Shown here piece by piece: positions 21,923 through 31,315 of a stretch of DNA of 64,000 nucleotides. Numbering within the stretch: the stretch's first letter is position 1; each line of letters begins with the position of its first letter. The translations under genes were made by a program, and so were the position numbers. Below the pieces are notes generated by a model. The model ran no database searches, had not been told where the DNA came from, and worked only from the letters and a program-made list of their open reading frames with translations. The stretch lies in the NCBI GenBank assembly GCA_942490665.1, contig CALNXV010000001.1, forward strand, positions 3,661 through 67,660, given 5' to 3'. This stretch comes from an uncultured Microthrixaceae bacterium (lineage in GTDB: Bacteria; Actinomycetota; Acidimicrobiia; Acidimicrobiales; Microtrichaceae).

Positions 21923-22135
21923 TCAGGGCGCGACCGTCGGGACCGTCTGCACGGTGGTGCTCCCACCGCCGATGGCGAGGCCGATGGTGCCGCGGCGACG
22001 AGGCCGAGCGTTCAGCGCCGCCGGTGAGCGGCGGACCGAACGTGCGGGCTGCACCGTGTAGCGGACGGCCCGGAGGTGCCCTCCTTCGGGGTCACCCGCG
22101 ATGAGCTGCCCCGACGAGGACGTGCGCAGTCTGCG
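21923..22135 (-). pseudogene. decayed paralog of the small membrane protein gene at 23804-24037
   Basis: Two blocks of about 60-65 nt are near-identical to 23804-24037 (GGGACCGTCTGCACGGTGGTGCT..CCACCGCCGAT..GCGAGGCCGATGGTGCC and CCCGGAGGTGCC..GGGGTCACCCGCGA..GAGCT..CGACGAGGACGTGCGC). The TM-coding middle is replaced, there is no ATG, and the frames are broken. Confidence 0.65.
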
Positions 22136-22748
22136 GGCTGGCCTCGACGCGCTACGGCGACCCAGCCCAGCGGAAGGGTGGTCGTCGGCAACTCGGTGCG
22201 CGACCTCACCGGAGGGCGCCGTGGCGACCCGAGAGATCGATCAGGGAGCGCCAGCAGCGCAACGGAAGAAGACACCGCCCAGGTCGCCACCGAGGCGTGC
22301 CGGTCAGGCGCCGCGCAGCACGTCGCGGGTCCGCTGTGTGGTGAGTCGGACGCCCGTGGGTGCGCGGACCCAGTCGAGGCGCCCAGGACCTCGACGACAC
22401 CGCCACGCGTCAGGAGCCAGGCAGTCGCCGGTGCGGGGCGGCGTCGGCGTCGGTCGTGTCGCGGGCGATGCCGTCTGCCGTCGCGGTCGAGTGCTTCGCA
22501 CGCAACGCTCCCCGTCGGAGTCGAGGGCCGGGCCTCGAGGCATGTCGGTGAAGCCGGCGGCGAGCCTGCTCGCACGTGAACCGTGAGAGCCGAACGACGT
22601 GGCGGCCCCACGATCGAACGCCGCTGGAGCGACGCGAACCAGCCCACGCATGGTTCCCACGAGCGCTGCGAGCGGAGCTTGCTCGGGCTGCGAGCGGCGG
22701 TCCGTCGTGTGCTGTCTCCGCTGGTCGAGGCATCGCCCGCCTCCTCGA

Positions 22749-23751
22749 TCACGTGCCGTCGCTGAAGGTGACGGTCGTCAACTCGACACCGACGTCCGGC
22801 TGCCGATCCCTCCGCCAGGGCGTCGCGACGGGCACGGCCTCCTGGGCATCGTTCTCATCGATGGGCCATTCCCGGCGAGGGTCGGTGCAGTCAGCCAGGC
22901 GTTCTCTGCTTGGCTATCGTCGTCGAGCCGAGAACGCTCCCGAGCGGCGTTCGCCCGCAGCTGCGCAGCAGACGCGCAGTCACCAGGAGGAACACCTGCT
23001 CGCAACTGGGCGCTCGGGTTCGGTCTCGACGACGATCGCGAAGTTCGCGCGATACGACTCGATCGTGTCGTCGGTCAGGTTCTCCACCGTCGTGCTCACA
23101 TAGATCGTCGGGGCCTCGCTGGCCGCGCCGATGCGGACCGAACCGATCTCGACCGCCAGCGCGGCGGCAGGCGTGCCCGCCTCAGGGGGCCGGCCGGTAC
23201 CAGTCCTGATGCGCCTCTCGTCGGAGTCAGGTTGCGCACCGGCCCGGATGAGACTTCTCGCTTCCGGGGTCGGCGGAGTCCGTTGCGGCTGCCAGTTCCG
23301 GCCTCTCGTTGGAGCTCAACACGATCACCGCCAGCAGCACGAGTGCGAGAACCGCCAGGATGCCGCAGGAGAACTCCCCAGCCGCCGCCGTGATGTTCGG
23401 GTGCTCACCGGGCGGGGCTCGGCGCTCCAGCCGGCTGCGGCGGTTGCGCCGCCGACGGCCAGCCGGCGAGCAGTCGAGCGGGCCGGGCTCCGGCCGTGCC
23501 GATCGACTGCATCGGCGCAAGCCGTTCAGCAGCATGTCGAGCTGGTCGCTCGACATCGGCTGCAGCCGGGGCCCGTCAGCTCGAGCGACCTCCACGATGC
23601 CCGGTGTGGCCTGCTCGGGTTCGCCGAGTTCCTCGGTTACGTCGGTGAGGGCCTCGTAATGCGAGCCACGACGTCGTCGGCGGTCGTCGGCCGGGCGGAC
23701 GAGCGAGCGACTGCGCCACCGAACGTGAGAGCGGACTCGCTCCAAGCCCAT
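22749..23751 (-). pseudogene. single-pass membrane protein with extracytoplasmic domain, multiple frameshifts
   Basis: Protein-like pieces in three - strand frames: ...MSSDQLDMLLNGL...EFSCGILAVLALVLLAVIVLSS (TM) / GTPAAALAVEIGSVRIGAASEAPTIYVSTTVENLTDDTIESYRANFAIVVETEPERP / EWPIDENDAQEAVPVATPW...VGVELTTVTFSDGT(stop). Confidence 0.4.
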
Positions 23752-23803
23752 CCGGCGTCCGGGCGACTCCAACACCGTGAGTTCCCCGGAGGCTGACCGC
23801 TGC

Positions 23804-24037
23804 TCACGGCGCGGTGGTGGGGACCGTCTGCACGGTGGTGCTGCCACCGCCGATCGCGAGGCCGATGGTGCCGGCGACGAGGCCCACGATGATCAGCACG
23901 ACGAGGACGAGTGCGGCGCGGTTCGTTCGGCGTTGGGTCGTGGGCCGTGGTGACGGCGCCCCGGAGGTGCCACCTTTGGGGGTCACCCGCGACGAGCTTC
24001 CTTCCGACGAGGACGTGCGCTTGTCTGGTCGGGCCAT
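23804..24037 (-). CDS. small membrane-anchored protein
   Basis: 77 aa: MARPDKRTSSSEG...RTNRAALVLVVLIIVGLVAGTIGLAIGGGSTTVQTVPTTAP. Confidence 0.55.
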   Translation of the reverse strand: MARPDKRTSSSEGSSSRVTPKGGTSGAPSPRPTTQRRTNRAALVLVVLIIVGLVAGTIGLAIGGGSTTVQTVPTTAP

Positions 24038-24102
24038 CGTGCTCCTCCGGAGACGACGCTAGCCCGGTCCGCGATCCACAGCAGCCCGCTACGCTCCCGC
24101 CG

Positions 24103-24175
24103 GGGCCGGTAGCTCAGTGGTCAGAGCAGGCGACTCATAATCGCTCGGTCCCGGGTTCGATCCCCGGCCGGCCCA
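24103..24175 (+). tRNA. tRNA-Met (CAT), elongator-like (could also be a lysidine-modified tRNA-Ile2)
   Basis: GGGCCGG/CCGGCCC acceptor with a paired first base, anticodon loop CTCATAA, T arm CCGGG-TTCGATC-CCCGG. Confidence 0.88.
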
Positions 24176-24187
24176 CGTCTCGCTCCG

Positions 24188-25003
24188 TCAGCGCAGCCGC
24201 CACTCGACGCGACGGCCCGCCGCGAACTCCTCCTGGTTGGCGGTCAGGACGTCGATGTCCGTCCCGATGTTCGTGTACAGGTAGCCGAGGTCGAGCGCCT
24301 GGTGCCGGGGCACCTCGTTGGCCATCCAGATGGCCCGCTGCGTCCCCTGCACGACCAGCGGTGGCGCCGAGGCGATCGCCTCGGCCGCCCAAGCAGCCGT
24401 CGCCTCCAACTCGTCGCCGGGCACCACCTGGGACACCAGTCCCACCTCGCGGGCGCGTTCGGCCGACATTCGTTCGTGGGCGCCCAGCAGTGCCAGGCGC
24501 AGCACCTCCTGCAGCGGCATCTTCTGGAGCAGGTGGATCGGTTCGTACGCGGCGGTCATGCCGTAGGTGACGTGCGGGTCGAAGTACGTCGCGTGGTCCG
24601 CGGAGATGATGAAGTCGACCTCGCCGAGCAGGTAGAAGCCGCCTCCGCAGGTCATGCCGTTCACCGCGGCGATCACCGGCTTCCAGAGCTCGTTGGACTT
24701 CGGGCCGAGCCGGCGCCCGGGGTCGTCGTACCACCACGGCGTCACGTAGCCGGGCTTGCCGCCGTGGCGCATCTCGTCGTTGCCGATGGTCTCGCCGCGG
24801 TCGATGCCGACGCAGAACGCCTTGTCGCCGGTGGCGGTGAGCACGACGCAGCGGACGTCGTCGTTGCGCATCAGGTCGTGCCAGACCCCGGACAGCTCCT
24901 CCTGCATGCGGAGGTTGAACGCGTGGAGGACGTCGGGGCGGTCGAGGGTCACCCACGCCACACCGTCGCGCTCGTCGTAGAGGATCGTGTCGAACTCGGA
25001 CAT
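24188..25003 (-). CDS. enoyl-CoA hydratase/isomerase (crotonase) family protein
   Basis: Intact 271 aa with VAWVTLDRPDVLHAFN, KAFCVGID and IAAVNGMTCGGGFYLLGEVDFIISA. Confidence 0.85.
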   Translation of the reverse strand: MSEFDTILYDERDGVAWVTLDRPDVLHAFNLRMQEELSGVWHDLMRNDDVRCVVLTATGDKAFCVGIDRGETIGNDEMRHGGKPGYVTPWWYDDPGRRLGPKSNELWKPVIAAVNGMTCGGGFYLLGEVDFIISADHATYFDPHVTYGMTAAYEPIHLLQKMPLQEVLRLALLGAHERMSAERAREVGLVSQVVPGDELEATAAWAAEAIASAPPLVVQGTQRAIWMANEVPRHQALDLGYLYTNIGTDIDVLTANQEEFAAGRRVEWRLR

Positions 25004-25098
25004 CGGCCGAGCATAGGACCGCCGTCGCGCGGGGGCGCCCCGTCGCTCCCCGGGCTGCGAGGTAGGTTCCGTGCGAGCTGCCGGGGGGTCCGTCGGCG

Positions 25099-26274
25099 AT
25101 GAGGAGCAAGATGACTGCGACGTTCGATGCCGTCAGGACCGCACGCGGTCTGCGTGACCTCACCGAGCGCGAGGCGCCGGTGTCCGAGCAGCAGCGAACG
25201 CTGTCGGCGCCGCTGGTGGACGCGCTGTGGGACACCGGGCTGATGACCTTCCTCAACACGCCCGAGGCGGGCGGGTCCGAGCCGACGATCGCCGAAGCGG
25301 TGGACACCTGGATCGAGATGGCGTGGCAGGACGGCAGCTTCGGGTGGATCGGGATCGCCAACCTGCCCTCGGCGATGGCGTCGTCGGCCTACCTCCCCGA
25401 CGACGGCTTCAAGGAGGTCTTCGGCGACCCGGATCGTCGCGTGACCGTCGCCGGACAGTTCTTCCCCAACGGCACCGGTGAGCTCACCGACGAGGGCTAC
25501 GTCCTCAACGGTGCGTGGAACTTCGGGTCCGGGACCGCACACTCCGAGTACATCGCCGCCGGCTTCTTCCCGGTGGTCGACGGGGAACCGAGCTTCGACC
25601 TGTCCGAGATCCGCGCTGCGCTCGTCCATCGTGACGACGTCCGCTTCGACGACGGCTGGCACGTCCAGGGCCTCCGCGGCACCGGCAGCTACGACTACGC
25701 GGTCGAGGGTGCGATCGTTCCCGAGCACCGCTGCTTCCCGCTGTTCGCTCGGGACCCGCAACGGGGCTCGAGTCCGCTGTTCCGCATGGGGATCATGCCC
25801 ATCACCGCCGCCGGCCACGCCGCCTGGGCGCTCGGCGTGGCCCGGTCCATGCTCGACGACGTCGCCGAGCTGGCCCAGACCAAGGCGCGGATGTCGGACA
25901 TGGAGACGCTCGCGCACCGCCAGACGTTCCAGCGGAACCTCGCGCACCACACCGGCATGTGGCGCGCCGCACGCGCCGGCGTGCTCGAGGCGTTCGGGAC
26001 GGTCGAGGCGGCGCTGACAGCGGGGGAGGAGCTGACCCCCACGATGCGCGCCGACATGCGCGTCGCGGCGACGTACGCCACCGAGGCGTCACGCGAGGTC
26101 GGCCAGTGGGCGCACCTGGCGGCCGGCACCACCTCGATCCGCAACGGCAGCCGTCTCGAGCGGGCGTTCCGTGACCTGTACACCGGGACCCAGCACGCCT
26201 TCATCAGCGAGAAGACCTACATCGATGCTGCGACCATCTGGCTGGGCCTGGAGGACGACCTGCCGGGCGTGTGA
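25099..26274 (+). CDS. acyl-CoA dehydrogenase-fold protein (flavin-dependent monooxygenase-like subgroup possible)
   Basis: Intact 391 aa with LNGAWNFGSGTAHSEY, WHVQGLRGTGSYDY and RAFRDLYTGTQHAF. An ATG at 25111 is an alternative start. Confidence 0.75.
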   Translation: MRSKMTATFDAVRTARGLRDLTEREAPVSEQQRTLSAPLVDALWDTGLMTFLNTPEAGGSEPTIAEAVDTWIEMAWQDGSFGWIGIANLPSAMASSAYLPDDGFKEVFGDPDRRVTVAGQFFPNGTGELTDEGYVLNGAWNFGSGTAHSEYIAAGFFPVVDGEPSFDLSEIRAALVHRDDVRFDDGWHVQGLRGTGSYDYAVEGAIVPEHRCFPLFARDPQRGSSPLFRMGIMPITAAGHAAWALGVARSMLDDVAELAQTKARMSDMETLAHRQTFQRNLAHHTGMWRAARAGVLEAFGTVEAALTAGEELTPTMRADMRVAATYATEASREVGQWAHLAAGTTSIRNGSRLERAFRDLYTGTQHAFISEKTYIDAATIWLGLEDDLPGV

Positions 26275-26287
26275 GCCCGCGGACCGC

Positions 26288-26950
26288 TCAGCGCCGCGAC
26301 GCGAGGTCCACCATCTCGTCGGCACGGCCCGCCAGCTCGACCCGCACGAGCGCGTCGACGAGCTGGACGAACGTCGCCGTGTCCACGACGAGCCGGCGCA
26401 GCGCCGTCGGCTCCTCGGGCAGGCCGAGCCGGGCTGCCACCCGCCGGGCCCGGACGGCGGCGAACGGCGCGTGCTCCTCCCACGCCACCTGCGCCTCACG
26501 ACAGAAGATGTCGGCGCCGACCGGACCGATGCCCTTGCACTCCTGCACCAACGAACGCTCGCGTGAGGGCTCACGACCAGCCTCGTCGCGCAGCTCGCGG
26601 AGGTCGCCGCGCCAACGCTCCAGAACGAGCTCGGCGGTGTCTCCGAGCATCCGGGCGGTGCTCTCGTCGTAGCGGGCGTAGCCGGCGTGGTTGAGCACGT
26701 CGGTCCGCTCGCGCCAGCTCGACGCAGCGAGGCGCTCGGCGGTGCCCCAGCCTGCGTCGGCGAGCGCCTTCGCGGCGGAGATGGCCACGGCGGCCCGGAT
26801 GCGTGCGCTCAGCAGCAGCGACATGCACACGAGCTGGAACAGCGGCCCGGGCGTGTTCGTCTCGACGTCGATGCCGGCCTCGTCGGCATAGGTCGTGCCG
26901 TGCTGATCCAGGAGGACCTGGATCACGGACTGCTGGGTCGGCGCTGACAT
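26288..26950 (-). CDS. HhH-GPD / endonuclease III-like domain protein
   Basis: Intact 220 aa with LFQLVCMSLLLSARI, LRELRDEAG...LVQECKGIGPVGADIFCRE (helix-hairpin-helix plus GPD-like region). Confidence 0.6.
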   Translation of the reverse strand: MSAPTQQSVIQVLLDQHGTTYADEAGIDVETNTPGPLFQLVCMSLLLSARIRAAVAISAAKALADAGWGTAERLAASSWRERTDVLNHAGYARYDESTARMLGDTAELVLERWRGDLRELRDEAGREPSRERSLVQECKGIGPVGADIFCREAQVAWEEHAPFAAVRARRVAARLGLPEEPTALRRLVVDTATFVQLVDALVRVELAGRADEMVDLASRR

Positions 26951-27054
26951 GGTCGCTCCTGCGTTCGGTCGGACCGTCGGTCGTCGAGGACCTGGGTCGC
27001 AGCGATCCGCACCGGGCGGAGCCGTCGCTCGACGGGCCTTCAGTTCCGCGACGC

Positions 27055-27621
27055 TCAGCTGTGCTCGTCGAGCCAGGCGGGGGCGCCGTCGAGCAGGAAG
27101 TTGCTGACGTCGAGGCAGCGCTCGAGCGTGTCGCAGAGCATCTCGTCACCCAGGTAGACCTGGGTGACGCTCACCTGGACGCGCGCCACCACGGTCAGCG
27201 TGCGCTCCGACGGGTCGGTGACCGACGCGAACGAGTCGACCGCCGACACCTCGACCGGCAGGTCGGGGCCGCCGATCCCGGCGAGGTCGGTGGCCAGGAG
27301 GAGCAGGTCCGGGCAGCGCGGCAGCGGCGGCAGCGACCAGGTGAAGGTGAGTGGCAGGTGGAACCGCTCCTCGGGCTCGTCGCCCTCGTCGAGCGCCAGC
27401 ACCTGGTCCTCGAACGCCATCATGGTCCGTGGGTCGATCTCCAGCGCCAGGTGGAACTCGAGCGGACCACCGCACGCCTCCTCGGGGTGCAGATCGACCT
27501 CCCACGCCTGGCGCATCGAGTAGGTCTCCACGAAGTGCCGTTCGTCGTGGATGTGGAACCCGTGGTCCGCTGCATGGTTCTTCAGGTCCGCGACGAACCC
27601 TGCGACATCGAGAAGTGACAC
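27055..27621 (-). CDS. acidic hypothetical protein, no family recognised
   Basis: 188-aa ORF from a GTG at 27619-27621: VSLLDVAGFVADLKNHAADHGFHIHDERHFVETYSMRQAWEVDLHPEE...FLLDGAPAWLDEHS. It is divergent from the IMPase gene. Confidence 0.55.
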   Translation of the reverse strand: MSLLDVAGFVADLKNHAADHGFHIHDERHFVETYSMRQAWEVDLHPEEACGGPLEFHLALEIDPRTMMAFEDQVLALDEGDEPEERFHLPLTFTWSLPPLPRCPDLLLLATDLAGIGGPDLPVEVSAVDSFASVTDPSERTLTVVARVQVSVTQVYLGDEMLCDTLERCLDVSNFLLDGAPAWLDEHS

Positions 27622-27674
27622 GTCGTACAGGTTGCCAGCACCGGTCGGTCGGGGCGAGCCGGTACCCTCCCACG

Positions 27675-28442
27675 GTGGACGACGAGCGCCTGGTGGCGTT
27701 GCTGGACCAGACCGCCGCGGCGATCTCCGACGCCGTCGTCGCCGACCTGGCACACAACCCGGTCGGCGCCCGCGACCGCGGGGACCGACCCGGTCAGTAC
27801 CGCCTGGACCTGGTCGCCGACGCCGCAGCGCTTCCGGTGCTGCGGCGTGCCGGGGTCGGGGTGCTCTCGGAGGAGTCGGGACTCGACGACCGGGGTGCGG
27901 GGGTGGTGGTGGTGCTCGACCCGGTGGACGGGTCCACCAACGCGAGTCGGGGCATCCCCTGGTACGCGACGAGCCTCTGCGCGGTCGACGACGCCGGGCC
28001 GCGGGCGGCGCTCGTGGTGAACCTCGCGACCGGACGGCGTTACGGCGCGCTGCGCGGCGGCGGGGCCAGCTGCGACGGCGCGCCGATCGAGCCGTCCTCC
28101 GCGACGGCGCTCGAGGGGTCGTTCCTGGTGCTCAACGGCTTCCCCGGCGCCTACCTGGGGTGGCGGCAGTACCGTTCCCTCGGTGCGACGGCGCTCGACC
28201 TCTGCTCCGTCGCCGATGGACGCGTCGACGCGTCGCTCGACTGCAGCGATTCGGCGCTCGGCCCCTGGGACTACCTGGGAGCGCTGCTCGTGCTGCGCGA
28301 GGCCGGTGCCCACGTCGCCGATGCGCAGGGCCGTGAACTGGTCGTGGTCGACCACGACGCGCGACGCTCACCGGTGGCCGCGGCGACCCCGGAGCTGCTC
28401 GAGGCGCTGCTCGCCGCCCGCTCGGAGCTGCCGACGTGGTGA
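27675..28442 (+). CDS. inositol monophosphatase family protein (SuhB/HisN-like)
   Basis: VGVLSEESG, VVVLDPVDGSTNASRG and GPWDYLGALLVLREAGA motifs. GTG start at 27675. Confidence 0.85.
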   Translation: MDDERLVALLDQTAAAISDAVVADLAHNPVGARDRGDRPGQYRLDLVADAAALPVLRRAGVGVLSEESGLDDRGAGVVVVLDPVDGSTNASRGIPWYATSLCAVDDAGPRAALVVNLATGRRYGALRGGGASCDGAPIEPSSATALEGSFLVLNGFPGAYLGWRQYRSLGATALDLCSVADGRVDASLDCSDSALGPWDYLGALLVLREAGAHVADAQGRELVVVDHDARRSPVAAATPELLEALLAARSELPTW

Positions 28443-28993
28443 CCCGCCGGCTCCACCTGCTCGCGCTGCGAGTGTTCGGCGTGCTCCCTCGCCGGGTGCG
28501 CCGCGCGCTCGTTCGCCTCGGATCGCCCAAGTACACCGTCGGCGCCATCTGCATCGTGGTGCGCGACGACGGGAAGGTCCTGCTGGTCCGACACACGTAC
28601 TGGAAGCTCTGGGGGACTCCCGGTGGGCTCGCCAACCGTGGCGAGCGCCCCGAGGTCGCGGTGCGTCGCGAGTGCCTCGAAGAGGTGAACCTGCGTGTCG
28701 ACCTCGTGGGTGAACCGGCGGTGGTGGTCGAGCCCGGTCCGCACCGTGTCGACGTCGTGTTCCTCGCCCGACCGGCAGCCGGTGCAGACCTCGATGAGGT
28801 GCGTCCCTCGTCGCCGGAGATCGAACGCCTCGACTGGTTCGACTTCGACGACCTGCCCCGCATCCAGCCCGAGACGGTCGCCGCGCTGCGTGCGCTGGAG
28901 CGCCGCGGGTTGATCGAGCTTCCGGAGTCGAGCATGGGCGGCAGGGGGCCGGGCAGTGGCGCCGCCGGTAGCATCGACGGCCCGGGCGCGTAG
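28436..28993 (+). CDS. NUDIX hydrolase
   Basis: Nudix box GGLANRGERPEVAVRRECLEEVNL. The start overlaps the IMPase stop. The stop TAG (28991-28993) lies inside the first 10 nt of tRNA-Val. Confidence 0.8.
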   Translation: MVTRRLHLLALRVFGVLPRRVRRALVRLGSPKYTVGAICIVVRDDGKVLLVRHTYWKLWGTPGGLANRGERPEVAVRRECLEEVNLRVDLVGEPAVVVEPGPHRVDVVFLARPAAGADLDEVRPSSPEIERLDWFDFDDLPRIQPETVAALRALERRGLIELPESSMGGRGPGSGAAGSIDGPGA

Positions 28994-29057
28994 CTCAGCT
29001 GGTCAGAGCACCTGGTTTACATCCAGGGAGTCGGGGGTTCGAGTCCCTCCGCGCCCA
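28984..29057 (+). tRNA. tRNA-Val (TAC)
   Basis: GGGCGCG/CGCGCCC acceptor, anticodon loop TTTACAT, T arm GGGGG-TTCGAGT-CCCTC. Confidence 0.9.
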
Positions 29058-29133
29058 CTCTCAGCTTCCTTGGGAACACCAGGCTTTCGGTCGTGGTGGC
29101 TGGGAAAGCAACGTGAGGTCGTGCCGGCAGTGG

Positions 29134-29665
29134 TCAGATAGAGGGCAACTCGGCAAGACAACTGGAGCACCAGCGGCACATCCGTCCGGGTGTCCGAGCC
29201 GCTAGCGCTGGCTGGATCAGCGGATCGGTAGCACGTTCTCGGCAGCAGCCGTCGGCGATGGCGGCGAGTTCGTCCTCACTGCCGGTGCCCAGAAGCTTCG
29301 GCCCAGTTCCCGGTCCCAGTCTGCGGGGTGCGGGTATGGCCGGACCGCTGTCGCGCTCCACGCTTCGGCGAACTCATCGATGCTCAGGGTCGATTCGGGC
29401 CGCTGGACGCGGAACGGGAGTGTTTTGGGAGACGACATGGATGCCGTTGTCCTCGGCTGTTGCGATCCAATCCGAGGCCGGGCCTCCGCCCGTGAGGGTG
29501 ATTGCGTGAAACCCGGTGTAGTCACGGTCGACGGTCGTCGTGTAATCGGGGATCACGCCGCGGAGATCGGAGCAAGCCTGCTGGTAGGAGATCTGGTGAC
29601 TGATCGGCCAGGGGGAGGTGGCCGGGTAGGGATTGGTCGGCGACCTCGTGCCCGGTAGCCCCGGC
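29134..29665 (-). pseudogene. decayed ORF of unknown function next to tRNA-Val
   Basis: Protein-like pieces in three frames: PWPISHQISYQQACSDLRGVIPDYTTTVDRDYTGFHAITLTGGGPASDWIATAEDNGIHVV / STLSIDEFAEAWSATAVRPYPHPADWDRELG / GTGSEDELAAIADGCCRERATDPLIQ. Confidence 0.4.
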
Positions 29666-29699
29666 GATCGGGCCCTCCGTGAACGCGGTCCCGCAGGTG

Positions 29700-31028
29700 C
29701 TACCTCTCCGTAGCCGCTTCGGGCGTCTCGAAGAGGTGGGCGTTGTGAAGGAACCCGTGGACGCTGAACGGCCTAGTGGCCTCCGCATGGTGCGGTGGGA
29801 ACACGAGCCATGCGGAGACCGCACCGAAGAGGCACATCACCCCGGATATGGCGAACGCCATGGGGAAGTTGCCGCCATCACCGAGCCAGCCACCGAGAAT
29901 GGGGAAGATGATCCCGCCCGCGCCGTAGGCGAGGAACACCCATGGGTAGTTGTCACCAACCACGTCGTTGCCGAACTCGTCGGCCGTGAGGGCCGGGAAC
30001 AGTGCGAAGTTGCCTCCGAAGTTGAATCCGATGAGAGCAGCGACCAGATACAGCGTGTACTCGTTGCCCGCCATGGTAGTGAATGCGAGCAGGAACACCC
30101 CCTGGCTCGCAGTCATGATGACCACCGACCGCCGCCGACCGATCCGGTCACTGAGGGTGCCCCAGACGAGGCGTCCGACGCCGTTCGCGATGCTGAAGAA
30201 GACCGCCATGGCAGTACCGGAGATCGCGCTGGCCTCGCTCTCGGAGATCCCGTTCTCACCCAGTGCCTCGATCGGATAGAGCTTCATCAGTCCGATTGCC
30301 ATCAGCCCTGCCCCGGCGCTCACCATGAAGGTGAGGGAGATCAGGTGGAACTGGGGCGTCCGCAGCATCTCGCGCGGCGTGAAGGACTCGCCCCCTGCCC
30401 CTGCGGCCTCAGGCGGCGTGAACCCCTCAGGGGTCCATCCCTTCGGCGGCATGACCATCATCGTGCTGCCGAGAGAAACCATCACCGCGAAAACGATCCC
30501 GTAGGTGCGGAACGTGCCGTCCAGTCCGATTCGTCCGATCAGGTCGCCCCAGGATCCGGCAAGCTTGATCCAGGCCAGGGCACCGAAACCGAACCCTGCG
30601 ACTGCCACGCCGGTGATCATCCCCTTGTGGTCGGGGAACCAACGCATCCCGACTGCGATCGGCACGACGTACCCGAGCCCGATCCCGGCCCCGGCGACCA
30701 GGCCCACGCCCAGCAGCACAGCTGTGAAGCTGGTTCCGCCCCCGATTCCGGCGATGAGGTAGCCGATCCCGATGGTGACGCCGGCCGCCAGCGCCAGGCG
30801 GCGCGGGCCCCATGAGCCCAGCTTTCGACCGGCGAACACCATGACGACCGCAAAGGTGGCGAGGCTGACCGAGAACACGATTTGGGTCTCGACCTTCGAC
30901 CAGCCGGCTTCGCGGAGAGCGGGCGTGAAGACCGACCACGAGTAGATCGCCCCCAGGCAGAGCTGGATGAGGACTGCGCCGAACGCGACTCTCCAACGAC
31001 CCGGTGTCCCAACCGCAGACTGACTCAT
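29700..31028 (-). CDS. MFS transporter, oxalate/formate antiporter (OFA)-like
   Basis: Intact 442 aa from the ATG at 31026-31028 with 12 hydrophobic spans, FAGRKLGSWGPRR, and WGTLSDRIGRRR in the second half. Confidence 0.85.
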   Translation of the reverse strand: MSQSAVGTPGRWRVAFGAVLIQLCLGAIYSWSVFTPALREAGWSKVETQIVFSVSLATFAVVMVFAGRKLGSWGPRRLALAAGVTIGIGYLIAGIGGGTSFTAVLLGVGLVAGAGIGLGYVVPIAVGMRWFPDHKGMITGVAVAGFGFGALAWIKLAGSWGDLIGRIGLDGTFRTYGIVFAVMVSLGSTMMVMPPKGWTPEGFTPPEAAGAGGESFTPREMLRTPQFHLISLTFMVSAGAGLMAIGLMKLYPIEALGENGISESEASAISGTAMAVFFSIANGVGRLVWGTLSDRIGRRRSVVIMTASQGVFLLAFTTMAGNEYTLYLVAALIGFNFGGNFALFPALTADEFGNDVVGDNYPWVFLAYGAGGIIFPILGGWLGDGGNFPMAFAISGVMCLFGAVSAWLVFPPHHAEATRPFSVHGFLHNAHLFETPEAATER

Positions 31029-31163
31029 TGCCGGGTCCCACGAACATAGACGGACCGATTCATGGCGCAACAATATGGCGCGGATCAACGCCGGCGGAAT
31101 CGAGTTGACCCGCTTTGTTGGACACCTTGATCCTCGGTTCGAGCCCAGAGGAGGGAGGCCCGG

Positions 31164-31312
31164 ATGGGTCGTCCATCGAAGCACGCCGAGGGGTTCCGGC
31201 GTGAAGCGGTCGCGTATTTCGCCAAGGAGACGACCAGGTGAGCCGCTTCCGGGCGGTCCCTGGATCACCTACCGTTGGCGATCATCGCGAAACGGACACC
31301 CATGGGCGCGTT
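31164..31312 (+). mobile_element. IS3-family transposase OrfA N-terminal remnant
   Basis: ATG 31164: MGRPSKHAEGFRREAVAYFAKETTR(stop at 31239-31241) resembles the IS3/IS911 OrfA start (PSKY..EFRREAV). A possible continuation SRFRAVPGSPTVGDHRET lies in the next frame. Confidence 0.5.
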
Positions 31313-31315
31313 GGC

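Noticed and set aside
24103-24175. tRNA (CAT) as the initiator tRNA-fMet
   Set aside because: The first acceptor pair is a normal G-C pair, and the anticodon stem lacks the three consecutive G-C pairs typical of bacterial initiators. It is elongator Met, or Ile2.
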